NCBI RefSeq assembly: GCF_001194135.2
Contig: NC_068991.1
Span: 77,644,777-77,708,776 of the forward strand
Reading direction: 5' to 3'
From: Octopus bimaculoides
Lineage: Eukaryota
Length of the DNA stretch: 64,000 bases
Shown here: positions 37,003-49,459 of the stretch, one piece after another
How the letters are laid out: the number at the start of each line of letters is the position of its first letter
Numbering within the stretch: the first letter of the stretch is position 1
Notes under the pieces: model-generated
What the model saw: only the letters and a program-made list of their open reading frames with translations
What the model was told of the DNA's origin: nothing
The model's database searches: none
Translations under genes and position numbers: made by a program

Positions 37003-38429
37003 ATATACACATACATATATATATACACATACATATATATATACACATACATATATATATATATACACTGACATGTATACTCACACATATATGGACAGTA
37101 CCAATATTAAGCAGCTTCAAACACAAAATTTTAATTTTGTTCGATATGTGTGTGTATGTATATACACATATAACTATACATATATATTATATATATATAC
37201 ATATAAAGTATAGGTATATATGCACATATATATATAAGTGCATATATAAATAACTATATGTATATGCATATATGAGTGTGTACATTACATAAAGGGTACA
37301 CGTTTCTGTGGAGTGCTCAACCACTTGTTGATTTCACAAGTAGGCCATGAAATTAGCATGCAAGTGGCTGAGCACGCCCCATCAGATCAACTGGAACCCT
37401 CGGCATTGTAAGCAACAGAGTGCTACTTTAGTGACATATTTATATGTATGTATATATGTATGTATATGTGTGTGTATATATATATATATATATNNNNNNN
37501 NNNNNNNNNNNNNNNNNNNNNNNNNNNNNNNNNNNNNNNNNNNNNNNNNNNNNNNNNNNNNNNNNNNNNNNNNNNNNNNNNNNNNNNNNNNNNNNNNNNN
37601 NNNNNNNNNNNNNNNNNNNNNNNNNNNNNNNNNNNNNNNNNNNNNNNNNNNNNNNNNNNNNNNNNNNNNNNNNNNNNNNNNNNNNNNNNNNNNNNNNNNN
37701 NNNNNNNNNNNNNNNNNNNNNNNNNNNNNNNNNNNNNNNNNNNNNNNNNNNNNNNNNNNNNNNNNNNNNNNNNNNNNNNNNNNNNNNNNNNNNNNNNNNN
37801 NNNNNNNNNNNNNNNNNNNNNNNNNNNNNNNNNNNNNNNNNNNNNNNNNNNNNCATATATATATATACATATATATATACATCGAACCATGTAATCTACA
37901 CTCTAGAAAACATATTTCTGTAAAATGGTGGGGGTGGGTAAAATTTCCGAGGGCTCCACCCCATCCCAACCCCCGTTTTCCCTACAAAAAAGTGTTTTGT
38001 GACATATTAAGTCACCGTAATTCATTCAACGAAAAAAAAGGGGGGGGGGGGTTCTGAACCATCCCCCTTTACTGAACAAAAATAAGGGGTTTGCACCACA
38101 TTAGGAGGTTAATGTACTTGGTTCAACGCAAAAATCCGAGGTTTTTTTGACTAAGCCACAAAAACAAGCAACAGCCACAACAGCAACAATAACAAAATTC
38201 AGTCAAGATGTCCTGTTATTAGTTATTTGTTTGCATTTCATATTATATTTTGGAATATAAAGTGGTTGATGCTACGAAAAGCAACGACATCAAGAAACTG
38301 TGCCAAAAACTGGAATGTATGAGCGAGACATGGATCATGGAAGGAAGGCAGCAGCTCTGAATAAGGACAGACTCAGATCCATGACAACCCATCCAACACA
38401 TGCCAGCATGGAAAGCAGATGTAAAAGGA

Positions 38430-38461
38430 CAATCATAATGATGGCAATGACGATGGTGATA

Positions 38462-38509
<48 letters not shown>

Positions 38510-38525
38510 GTGGTGGTGATGATGG

Positions 38526-38575
<50 letters not shown>

Positions 38576-38830
38576 GTGATGATGGTGATGAGGACGACGA
38601 TGAAGATGATGATGATGATGATGATGATGATGACGACGACGACGACGACGATGATGATGAGGAGGAGGAGGAGGAGGAGGAAGAGGACAATGATTATGAT
38701 GATAATCATAGCAACAATGATGATTATAACAACAGCAATGAAAAGTATAACATTGATAATGATGATGATGATGATGATGACAGCGACAACAACAATGACA
38801 AAAATAGTGATGATGATGATGATGTGTAAA
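38430..38830. repeat. Long (GAT)n/(GAC)n/(GAG)n array directly after an RTE tail remnant
   Basis: Direct reading; preceded by catgccagcatggaaagcagatgtaaa. Confidence 0.9.
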
Positions 38831-38994
38831 GCATGTTGTCACTGGTTCAATCACTGTTACGCTACGTTTCTATTAGTGAGAGAAACAAAAGAATGTCCAT
38901 GTAACTTGGCCACAAAAGAAAATGATAACAAAAGAGTATTTTTGTTTGAATGCACCAGTTTATTGGTTTTGCCATTAAATTTTATAATTTTCAA

Positions 38995-39320
38995 AAGCAT
39001 ACATACATAAATACATACACACATACAGCCATACACATGTACATACATATATACATGCACATGTACGTACATACACACAGGCATACATTCATACATACAT
39101 ACATACATGCATACATACACAAACATATATACATACATACATACGTACAAACATACATAGTACATACACACATGCATACATTACATACATACACACATAC
39201 ACACACATACATACATAGATACACACATACATACATACATACATACATAAATGCATACACACACACACATTCACACATACATAACGTACATGCATACATA
39301 CGTACAAACATACATAGTCT
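38995..39320. repeat. Degenerate (CATA/CACA)n microsatellite
   Basis: Direct reading. Confidence 0.9.
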
Positions 39321-40597
39321 ATGAGAGCAGCCACTCCCAATAAGAAATGATTCCGATTGTGATAACCTGTCCAATTCAGGCAAGCATTGAAGCCACCATA
39401 AAAATGGCAATGATGATGATGATGATGATGATGATGATATTCAAGTTTACTGGCTGTTGTTGAATATTTTAAAGTCCCATAAAATCAAACTTCCTGCTGA
39501 TAACATATGAATATATATATTTATACGAAGCTCAATTTTTAATGCAATACATTCGCATAGCAATAGGAAGAGTATACCTCAGTAAAAAGAAGCCAAACCA
39601 AAGCCAAAACATATAACCACATAATATACACAACCACAAAGAGTGACCGTTTCTTGTTGCATGCATCACATGGCAAAATGATTGCAACGAGTGGTGCAAT
39701 GTTATCCTCCAATCCATTCCAGCAAAGAATAACAGATTGGCATTAAATTTAGAAACTTATTTTAATTAAGATTTCTTTGGTTTTTATGTAGAAACTCATT
39801 GTGGTTGTATATTCAGGGTTGTTTTAAATTCCAACAGACATGGCGTTCATTGATGTTAACCTGTGAATATATGAACGTTTAATACGATCAATACTTATGT
39901 AACCGAAAGCTTATGAGGTGGATAGTCTGTAGGTACATAAAGTTAATCAAAGCAATTCTGATGCAAACCATCGCATCGTGTGGAATGGTGTGAGGAGGTG
40001 TAGAATGGTGTGTGTGTGTATGTGTGTTCTATGTCCAATATGTCTAAACACAAACAACCAGACACAGCTGCAGTACCACCATTCATTATTCCAAGGATTC
40101 TCTGATACTCTGCCTCCAGAGAAAAACACTAAATTCTTTCAACCATACTTAACAGGCAACAGAATTGGTAAAGAGAGAGGGAAAAAAAATAAAAGTGAGA
40201 ATCTTTTGGTGAGTCATAGTAGCAAGACCGAATAATCTTTCAGAGGAATTAATAAAAGCAGGAGTGAATTTCTACATGGCTGCTTGATTTGCAAGAAATA
40301 GTAACCAAATCTCTTTCAAGCCAAGCCCTGCAGAATTGTAAACAAAGGATGCAGGATAACCTTAAAAATATGGTTGGAAGACTTTTCATCATAAGTCTGC
40401 TTAATGAAAGCTGACCTAAAGCCAAACAATGGCTAAATATTGTCAAAACAATAAGGGAGTAGCTATATGGATCCTTAGATTGCTAGAAATAGCAGTTAAA
40501 TTTACCTTACGCTACTCACCACATGCTTCAAAATTGAAAGAATATTTGGGATAAGTAATCCTAGATACACTACAACCTGGAAAATAGGCAAAATGGT

Positions 40598-41010
40598 CAC
40601 TTAGCTTGACCAGTCTTCTCCAGCACAGCATATCGGAAAGTGTCTTAGTCACTAGTCATTGCCTCTGTGAGGCCCAAAGTTCAAATATCATGCCTCACCA
40701 CCTTGTCCCATGTCTTCCTGGGTCTACCTCTACCACAGGTTCCCTCCACAGTTAAAGATCAGCACTTCTTTACACAGCTGTCCTCGTCCATACTCATCAC
40801 ATGACCATACCAGTGCAATCATCTCTCTTGCACAACACATCTGATGCCTCTTATGTCCAACTTTTCTCTCAAGATGCTTACACTCTCTTGAACATGCACA
40901 CTGACATTGCACATCCAGCGAAGCACACTAGTTTCATTTCTTTCAAGCCTACACATGTCCTCAGCTGTCACAGCCCATGTTTCACTGCCATGTAGCATAG
41001 CTGTTCGCAA
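40598..41010 (-). mobile_element. RTE LINE C-terminal fragment
   Basis: RTAMLHGSETWAVTAEDMCRLERNETSVLRWMCNVSV...REKLDIRGIRC...LHWYGHVMSMDEDSCVKKC*SLTVEGTCGRGRPRKTWD. Confidence 0.9.
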
Positions 41011-43543
41011 GACCTACTACTAGTAAGCATATAAGCCAGTATAAGTATATCTAGGACTACATTGTGCAATAACGTATCACTCAATATTTTCGCAAGGTAG
41101 TGCAACATATTCCAGAAGGAATTTGCCTGGGACCTCCTTTAATCAAATGACTGTATAAAAGTTCCGACATCATATTATTTTAAAATTGTTATAAGGTTGT
41201 GTATTGGAAGAATCGTAGGAGCATCAGACAAAATACCTTGTGACATTTGTTCTGGATCTTTGCAGTGAAAGTTCAAATCCTACTGGAGTCAACCTTTGCT
41301 TTTTACCCTTCCCTTCCAGGGTCATTGAAATAAAATGCCAGTCAAGTACTGGGGTAATTCAAGCAGCACCCCGCCCCCCTTCCCAAATTTCTAACTCTTT
41401 GTATTCAAGTTCTTCTGAAACAGTCTTTTGTCTTTTATCTTTTCAGAGTTAATAAAACAAAGTACCAGTCATCTACTGGAGTTAATTTAGCCCTTTTGGT
41501 ACCAACCCACATGAGATCATCCCTGATTCTATAATACAAAGTTTGTGTTTTAAATTGATCCAAAATAAAACCTTCCATCAAAATTTAATTGTGATTAATG
41601 TTCCAAAAACACCAGATTCATAATGACTGTGTTCTTTTTAAAGGGATCAAATTTTAAACCTTTCATTAAAATTCCATCTTAATTTATGTTCCCAACTCAG
41701 TGATTTTACTGAATTCCTCATTACTTCCAAAATTAATTGAAGCAATGGCCGTGTATTTCAACAGGAAGAGGATAACAAAAGGGCCAAAGAGTTGGCCCTT
41801 AACCACCAGATATCTGGCACTTTCCATTCTGAGTTCAAATCCTGCTGAAGCCAAATTCTGTCCTTCATTTTTCTGGAGTCCATAAAATAAAGTACTGGTC
41901 AAGTACTGGAGTCAGTTTTACCTGCTGCCCCCCCCCACCCCAACTCCACCATCCACCCAATTTCTGACCTTTGAACTTACAAATAAAACCAGTCATTTTA
42001 GAGTTTTTAGTGTTCTCTCCTTGCAGTTGCTGTTGTTGTTGCAATGTCCCTGTGGTCAATGTCACAGTTAGTGAGTTAATGGTTGTGGTGGCAGCGGAGG
42101 TGGTGGTGGTGGCAGCGGNNNNNNNNNNNNNNNNNNNNNNNNNNNNNNNNNNNNNNNNNNNNNNNNNNNNNNNNNNNNNNNNNNNNNNNNNNNNNNNNNN
42201 NNNNNNNNNNNNNNNNNNNNNNNNNNNNNNNNNNNNNNNNNNNNNNNNNNNNNNNNNNNNNNNNNNNNNNNNNNNNNNNNNNNNNNNNNNNNNNNNNNNN
42301 NNNNNNNNNNNNNNNNNNNNNNNNNNNNNNNNNNNNNNNNNNNNNNNNNNNNNNNNNNNNNNNNNNNNNNNNNNNNNNNNNNNNNNNNNNNNNNNNNNNN
42401 NNNNNNNNNNNNNNNNNNNNNNNNNNNNNNNNNNNNNNNNNNNNNNNNNNNGGTGGTTGTGGTGGTGGTGGTTGTGATGGTTGTGGTGGTGGTGGTGGTT
42501 GTGGTGGTTGTGGTGGTGGTGGTAATAGTGGTGGTGTCATGGATGTTGTTAATAAAATGTTTAATATTCCTTATCATGATTTTTGTTATTGTAGTTGTTT
42601 TTACTGCAGATAATTTCCCTGATTTTTTTTTTGTATTTTAGCCAATGTGTTTGTTGCTTTTTTTTTATTGCATTTCTTATTTAATTATTTTTGTTTTGCT
42701 ATTAAATGTTTTGTTTGTTTGTTTATAAATGTGTTTTGAATTTCTCCAACCAACATTTTACAGTTGACAGTTTAGGATTTAATTTTCTACATTTTCAATG
42801 TTCTAATAAACTATTATTAAATGAAATTACATCATCATCATCATCATCATCATTGTCATCATCATCAACATCATCATCATCATCGTCATCGTCATCATCA
42901 TCATTATCATCGTCGTCGTCGTCGTCATCATCATCATCATCCTCATCACGGTCATTATTGTTATTGCTGTTGTTACTACTACCACTACCACAAAACTACC
43001 ACAACAACAACTAACACTACTACTGCTACCACTGCTGCTGCTGCTGTTGCTGTTGTTGTTGTTGTTACTGTGGTTGCTGCTGCTGGCTATCGATGTATTT
43101 TTGCCATCAGAAGTGACAGTTGGTGTCAATCATTTTTCTTTAAATGAATTTTCCTTATAGCTATACAAATTTTGGTTCCGTATCATCAGCCGTTCTTATT
43201 TATCGGTGAGGAGGTGCGGCGGGGGAATGGAGTGTCATTGTTGCACAGCAAAAAGTCAAATTCAGTAACCTCTATGTATTCTTCAATAATGAATTGTGCT
43301 ATTTGGCTTAAGTTTCGTAAATACAAAACAAACAAACAAAACAAAAAAATACAATCTATCAAAATTGATGGAAGAATTGTCTCCTTTTGGTTACCAAACA
43401 TGAAATCCCACTCCTTTTTGATGTAAGAGAACCTTAAGATATTGATTTGCTAGAAATATCAGCTAAATTCCTCTCAAATTAAATTTTTACAAGAAGGACA
43501 CATGGGATGAAGTGGTTGAGGTAAAAAAATGATGGTTAACATC

Positions 43544-43720
43544 AGGTGTGGCTATGTGGCAAGATGTTTGTTTTCCAACCACAAGGTTCTGGGTTCGGTC
43601 CCACTTCAGGGTACCTTGAGCAAGTGTCTTCTACTAAAGCCTCAAGCCAACGAAAGCCTTGTGAGTGGATTTGGTAGACAGAAGCTGAAAGAAGCCCATT
43701 GTATATAGATATGTGTGTGT

Positions 43721-43782
<62 letters not shown>

Positions 43783-43985
43783 ACCCCACTACAGTTTGAA
43801 CTGGTGTTGGTGTGTTTACATCCTCATAACTTAGTGGTTCAGCAAAAGAGGCTGACAGATTAAGTACCTGGTTTTACAAAAATAATAAAAATAAGTACCT
43901 GGGTGAATTTGTTTGACTAAAATTCTTCAAGGTGGTGCTCCAGCATGGCCACAGTCGAATATCTGAAGCAAATAAACAATAAAAG
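43544..43985 (+). mobile_element. Full-length family-A CORE-like SINE with internal (TG)n
   Basis: tRNA head, taccttgagcaagtgtcttct core, and tail ggtgctccagcatggcc. Confidence 0.85.
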
Positions 43986-44326
43986 ACAAAAGGCAAACAT
44001 TCTAAAGAAATGCTTCTTAATAATGGTTATTCCACATTGGGTTGCTTCTTGTGTATTTCCAGTTATTTTCCGAGCTTTACAAGGATTTCAAAAAAGGAAG
44101 AACCCATATTAAGTAAGCAAATGCAAACATCAATTCTCACTCCTAAGCTATTATCTTCCAAGGTTAACGTTATTAGCATCTCCAATATGTCAGCTTGAAG
44201 GTAGATTGCTGTTTTTGTTGTGGTTGCTGTTTAACCTTAGACCATTTCTAATCTTTACTATAACAATCCTGTCTTTTTTATTCTCTTATTCTCTTTTGTA
44301 TCAGGAATGGTGTATTGGAACATTAA

Positions 44327-44758
44327 AAGCACATTTGAGCATGATCGTTGCCAGGGCCATGGATTGGCTCCCGTGCTGGTAGCATGTAAAAACACCATTT
44401 TGAGCGTGATTGTTGCCAGCATCACCTTACCGACACATGTGCCGGTGGCGTGTGAAAAACAACATTCAAGCATGGTTGTTGCCAGTGCCTCCTGACTGGC
44501 TCTTGTGCTGGTGGCATGTAAAAAACACCTTTTGAGCGTGGTCGTTGCCAGAACTGCCTGACTGGCCCTTGTGCCGGTGGCATGTAAAAGCATTCACTAC
44601 ACTCTCAGAGTGGTTGGCATTAGGAAGGGCATCCAGCTGTGGAAACTTTGCCAGATCAGATTGAGCCTGGTGCAGGCTTCTGGCTCACCAGTCGTCAGTG
44701 AAACTGTCCAACCCATGCCAGCATGGAAAGCGGACGTTAAACGATGATGATGATGATG
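44327..44758 (+). mobile_element. RTE 3' UTR with four tandem units of about 63 bp followed by the family-C tail
   Basis: Unit (tt.gagc.tg.t.gttgccag...gtgc.ggt.gc.tgt.aaaa) occurs four times in 44327-44590. Confidence 0.85.
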
Positions 44759-45684
44759 TATATATATATTGTTAGCATTTGGGAGTATTAGTTGTTTTAA
44801 TTTCAGAAAATTTTAAATGCTGTTGTTCTAATTTCAATTTATTAAGGATGAAAATGTAATTAAAATTGCAAACAAAATCTATTTATTCAATTTAAATGCA
44901 AACGAAATATATTTACATCCAAAAAAATGCTTCAGCAGACTGCCCCCCCCCCNNNNNNNNNNNNNNNNNNNNNNNNNNNNNNNNNNNNNNNNNNNNNNNN
45001 NNNNNNNNNNNNNNNNNNNNNNNNNNNNNNNNNNNNNNNNNNNNNNNNNNNNNNNNNNNNNNNNNNNNNNNNNNNNNNNNNNNNNNNNNNNNNNNNNNNN
45101 NNNNNNCTCTGATGTCCAAAACCTTTAAAAAAACCAAAGACTTCTTTTTATTCTTTTATTTTTTTCTAAAAGTCATATAATAATTCGTAAGAAGGAGCTT
45201 TAAAACATCCATGTTCAAATTACTACATGTCACTTATTTGCCACCCACTCATGTCTGTCCTCATCTGTGATTTCTGCATTGTCAATGGCTTCCGTTTTAT
45301 GTTTTTTTAAAAACTCAGATTTCTCTCTGAAATGAATTTCTCTTGTCCAACGTAATCCTTTCAAATCTTCCATTTGGCCATATTCCACTTTGTCTGCTAC
45401 ATTCATTCTTTGATATGTTTATTTATTTTATGTATTTATTTATTTGGTTCTTTTTAGTTCACCTTTTTTTTTTTTTTTATCTTTTGCTTGTTTCAATCAT
45501 TGGAATGTGGCCATGCTGGGGCACCACATCAAAAGGTTTTAGTCAAACAGATTGACTCCAGCACTTATGCTTTCTTTTAAGGTTAGTACTTCCTGTACCA
45601 GTCTGTTTTGCTGAACCGTTAATTTAACAGGACATAAACAAACCATCACTGCTTCTCAAGCGTGGGAAGTGGGGGCGGACTCAA

Positions 45685-45733
<49 letters not shown>

Positions 45734-45894
45734 TGTCTCTGTGTGTGTGTATGTGTGTATGTGTGTGTGCATGGTTGAATTTGGTAAATGGTAATTATGT
45801 GTGTTCTTTGAAAGTGTAAAGTGTAACTAAGAAGCAATTTAACTAATTTACAAAATTTTCTGACGATCATCAAATCCTTTTTATTCCTTTTTAT

Positions 45895-46388
45895 TTAAAC
45901 TGCAAGAGCAACAAATGATATTACAGCAACAAATACTGTAATTACTGAAGCCATCAGCACAGTCAGGAAAAGTGTTCTCGCCAGACTGAGTCACAAACTC
46001 CATAACAGAATTCAAATATGAACCTGAGGAAGAAATTACCTTTGAAGCATACGACGGAAGATATGAGAAAATCTTCAAGAAAGACTGTAAAGATTGGGAC
46101 GATGAGAGGAAGACATGCGTAATCTTGAGAAAACTGGCAGCAACAGAACATGAACAATACAGTAATTAGGGACTCCCAGGAAGACGTTTGGACATAAACT
46201 TTAGTGAAACAATAAATATATTGTGTAAAGTTTTCACTGAAAAAAGCTGATTGTTCAACTCACATTGGAAGTGTCTGGACAAAGAGAAAAACAACGATGA
46301 GGATTATATCACAAATGCTCATAGAGTAAAGAGGGAAAGCGAGAAGTTTAAACTGGACGAATTAACACCAGATATGTTCAAATGCCTC
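45895..46388 (+). mobile_element. Ty3/Gypsy (Mag-like) gag remnant, single frame with four stops
   Basis: SITEFKYEPEEEITFEAYDGRYEKIFKKDCKDWDDERKTCVILRKL..EHEQYSN*..FSETINILCKVF..LFNSHWKCL..EDYIT...VKRESEKFKLDELTPDMFKCL. Confidence 0.75.
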
Positions 46389-47823
46389 ACAAGAAGAGAA
46401 ATGAGAATGAGTTTACTTATAACAGTCATAGATGTGAATTAGGTTCAATCCTAACGGTAATTAACTTGTTTGGCACAAGTTGGAGATATTCTAAAATTCC
46501 TTTTCTGTTAAAAAAAGAACATTAATAATAATAATAAATTTTGTCGTTTAACTCTCAACCACAATGAGAAAGAAATTTATTTTTCCACTCTGAACTGGCC
46601 TCATCATATCTTACTGTCCAACAAGGTTAAAGAACAATTTATTTTAAAATAAGGAAAATTATTCCATTGTTTTTCTCAGGGCCAGGGGTTAAATCAGAGA
46701 AAATGATGTAACATGACAAATTATTCAATTACTTTTGAGAGCCAGAGAAGTTACCTAACATCATTAAATATGCATATCTGCAACATTCATGTTTAGAAAA
46801 TGTAATAACGGTTCATGTTATTTTATTCTGTTCTGGTTTCTGATTGTATTTTCCGTTGAGTTTACGGCCATAATATGGAAGATCTCCCTGCTGAGATCTA
46901 TCCAGTGCTTTGGTGAGAGATTTAACCTTGAGTTACCTTCTTTGGCCGGTGAAAGCAATTGAATAAATTGGCATATGTTACTGTGTTTTCTCTCGTATAA
47001 AATACTGGTCCATTAGGGGAAGTGAATTATTTCTCTTACTTTAGAAGAAATAGTTATTTAATTTTGTTGGATGAGGAAGCAACATTAGACCAAATTAGAA
47101 TTTTTCTTATTTAACTTCTAGCTCTGAGGGGAAAAAAACTAATTTCTTTTATTTTAGAATAAATTATTCAATCCTGTCAAATTGCAAGAAAACATCAGCC
47201 CAGATCGGACAAAGTCTATTTCTTTGTGATTCATAGTTAAATAAACCTTTCTACTATAGGCACAAGGCCTATATCAATTATAGCACCCCCAATATTTAAC
47301 TGGTACTTATTTTCTCAACTCCTGTTCTTAACTGGTGCTTATTTTATTGACCCTGAAAAGATAAAAAGCAAAGTTGATCTTGGTGAGATTTGAACTCAAA
47401 AACATGAAGATGGATGAAATGCCACGGAGCATTTTGTCCAGAATGCAAACAATCCTACCAGCTCACCACCCTAATAATAGTTAATTAATAATTAGTCAAG
47501 TGATGTTCCTTACATAGGCACAAGACAGAAATTAGGTGGTAGTGGGGGGAGGGTTATTTATTTGTTTCTTTTTTTAACCAAAAACAACAACAAAAAACTG
47601 CTGGTCTGGACCAAATAAGCAAATTGCAGCTGGTGGTTCTGAAAGTTGGGTTAATATAAAGTTTAGAGGCTTAAAAATATGGACATAAATTGACTGGAGG
47701 TGACAACAGTGAAATCTGATAATCTAATATAAACAAATCTATGTAAAATAAACCAATTTAAAGAACATGGACAGGAACAATGCCACCACATCCCATTAGT
47801 TCTTTTCTATTCAGCTCAGTAGT

Positions 47824-48198
47824 ATTCTTTTATTCTTTTATTAGTTTCAGTCATTTGACTGCGGCCATGCTGGAGCACCGCATTTAGTCAAGCAAATCGA
47901 CCCCAAGACTTATTCTCTGTTAGCTTAGTACTTATTCTATCGATCTCTTTTCCCAAACTGCTAAGTTACAAGGATGTAAACACACCAGCATCGGTTGTTA
48001 AGCGATGCTGGGGTGGGGGGAGGACAAACACACACACACACATACGACAAGCTTCTTTCAGTTTCCGTTTACCAAATCCACTCACAAGGCTTTGGTCGGC
48101 CCGAGGCTATAATAGAAGACACTTGTCCAAAGTGCCATGCAGTGGGACTGAACCCAGAATCATGTTGTTGGTAAGCAAGTTACTTACCACACAGCCAC
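47824..48198 (-). mobile_element. Full-length family-A CORE-like SINE
   Basis: Same head, core and tail as 26400-26803. Confidence 0.85.
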
Positions 48199-48831
48199 AG
48201 GATTATAACATTGCTCACATGTAAGTGCAGTGGCTATCATGCATCGACAGGCAAACGACTGAATTTCCTTATCACTGGTGTTTTTTTGCTGGATATAGTA
48301 AGTTGGAATGGCTATTTCTCAGCTACTGTTTCTGAAGCCCTTAAAATATCACAAGAAAGGGCTATACCCAAGGGCTCCTGTTGATGCAACATAATGAAGG
48401 AGTTCTGTTAAATGAAATTCAGAGATTTCACCAGTTCTTTATGTGTTCCCCTTTTGAAATTATAAAGCGTCCCTGTTGTCGACTCCAGACAATTTACTTT
48501 CATTTTAAACCCCTAAACTGCATTAACCCCCAAAGGTACACTCTTGCTGCAGAACAATACATAGCACATGTGTGTGTGTGTGAGTGTCTTTTACTGGCAT
48601 ATATTTTGGTAAAAGCGTGCGTAAAATGCAGAAACTGAATCTGGTCTCCAAATTCTGAGTCGGTTCCTCTTCCGTTCTTTTCTTTTGAAAGATATTGAAT
48701 AATTTGTTTTAGTTTACAGAACAGAAACTGAATTTGTCCTGTCGTAGAAGAGACAGCTTGCCATTTGATTGCTTTAAATGTCTTTGATCATGAATGATAA
48801 TGTTGAGGATGAGTGTTGACAACAATTATTA

Positions 48832-49013
48832 CCAATCACTGATTGTCATGCTGTCGGCTGTCGGCAAGTCTTGCACAAAACAATCAAAGAGAAATTTCAT
48901 GAAATTGGCTCATACAACACATTTTTATTGTCACCAATCACAAGCAGAGAAATTTCCACCAATCAAAGAACCCTGCTGGGAAATATAATTGAGGCTATCA
49001 TTTTTCAACCAAT
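48832..49013. promoter_or_regulatory. Cluster of five CCAAT boxes (possible NF-Y sites; promoter or LTR remnant)
   Basis: CCAAT at 48832, 48934, 48959 and 49009; ATTGG at 48904. Confidence 0.3.
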
Positions 49014-49065
49014 GAGAATGGCTACCATTTGGACATTCCTTTCTCTCTTTTCTTTTTCTGTTTTG

Positions 49066-49102
<37 letters not shown>

Positions 49103-49459
49103 CTTTTTGAGAACTTTTGCACTTATAAAAGTCTGGATTTCACACTTTCTTTAGGTTTGTCATGAATTCAGCAAGAAAGGACAATCAGCTTGCACACTCA
49201 CTCCATTATTTCTCTCTGATTCTATTAGCGATACCTTTAACATCAGTCACACTCGTAAACGTCACTGTCAATGCGTTACTCTACTTTCCTCTGGTCCACT
49301 GCAAACAGTTAATCGTTCTTTTTTTTATTCAATAATCTTCGTACAAAGAAAATTATTCCTACCATTCTTTTAGATGTACCTCTTTCTAGACAACAACAAT
49401 CTTAAACTTTACACTAAATGTTTACCCAAATACTTGCAAACTTTTCTTTCACCGATGCT

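Noticed and set aside
37879-38130. Possible MITE with short inverted ends (catcgaaccatgta / tacttggttcaacg)
   Set aside because: Only about 12 of 16 bases match and it borders a gap; too weak to call.
38243-39010. His-rich, Met-rich and Ser-rich ORFs
   Set aside because: Frames of the (GAT)n array.
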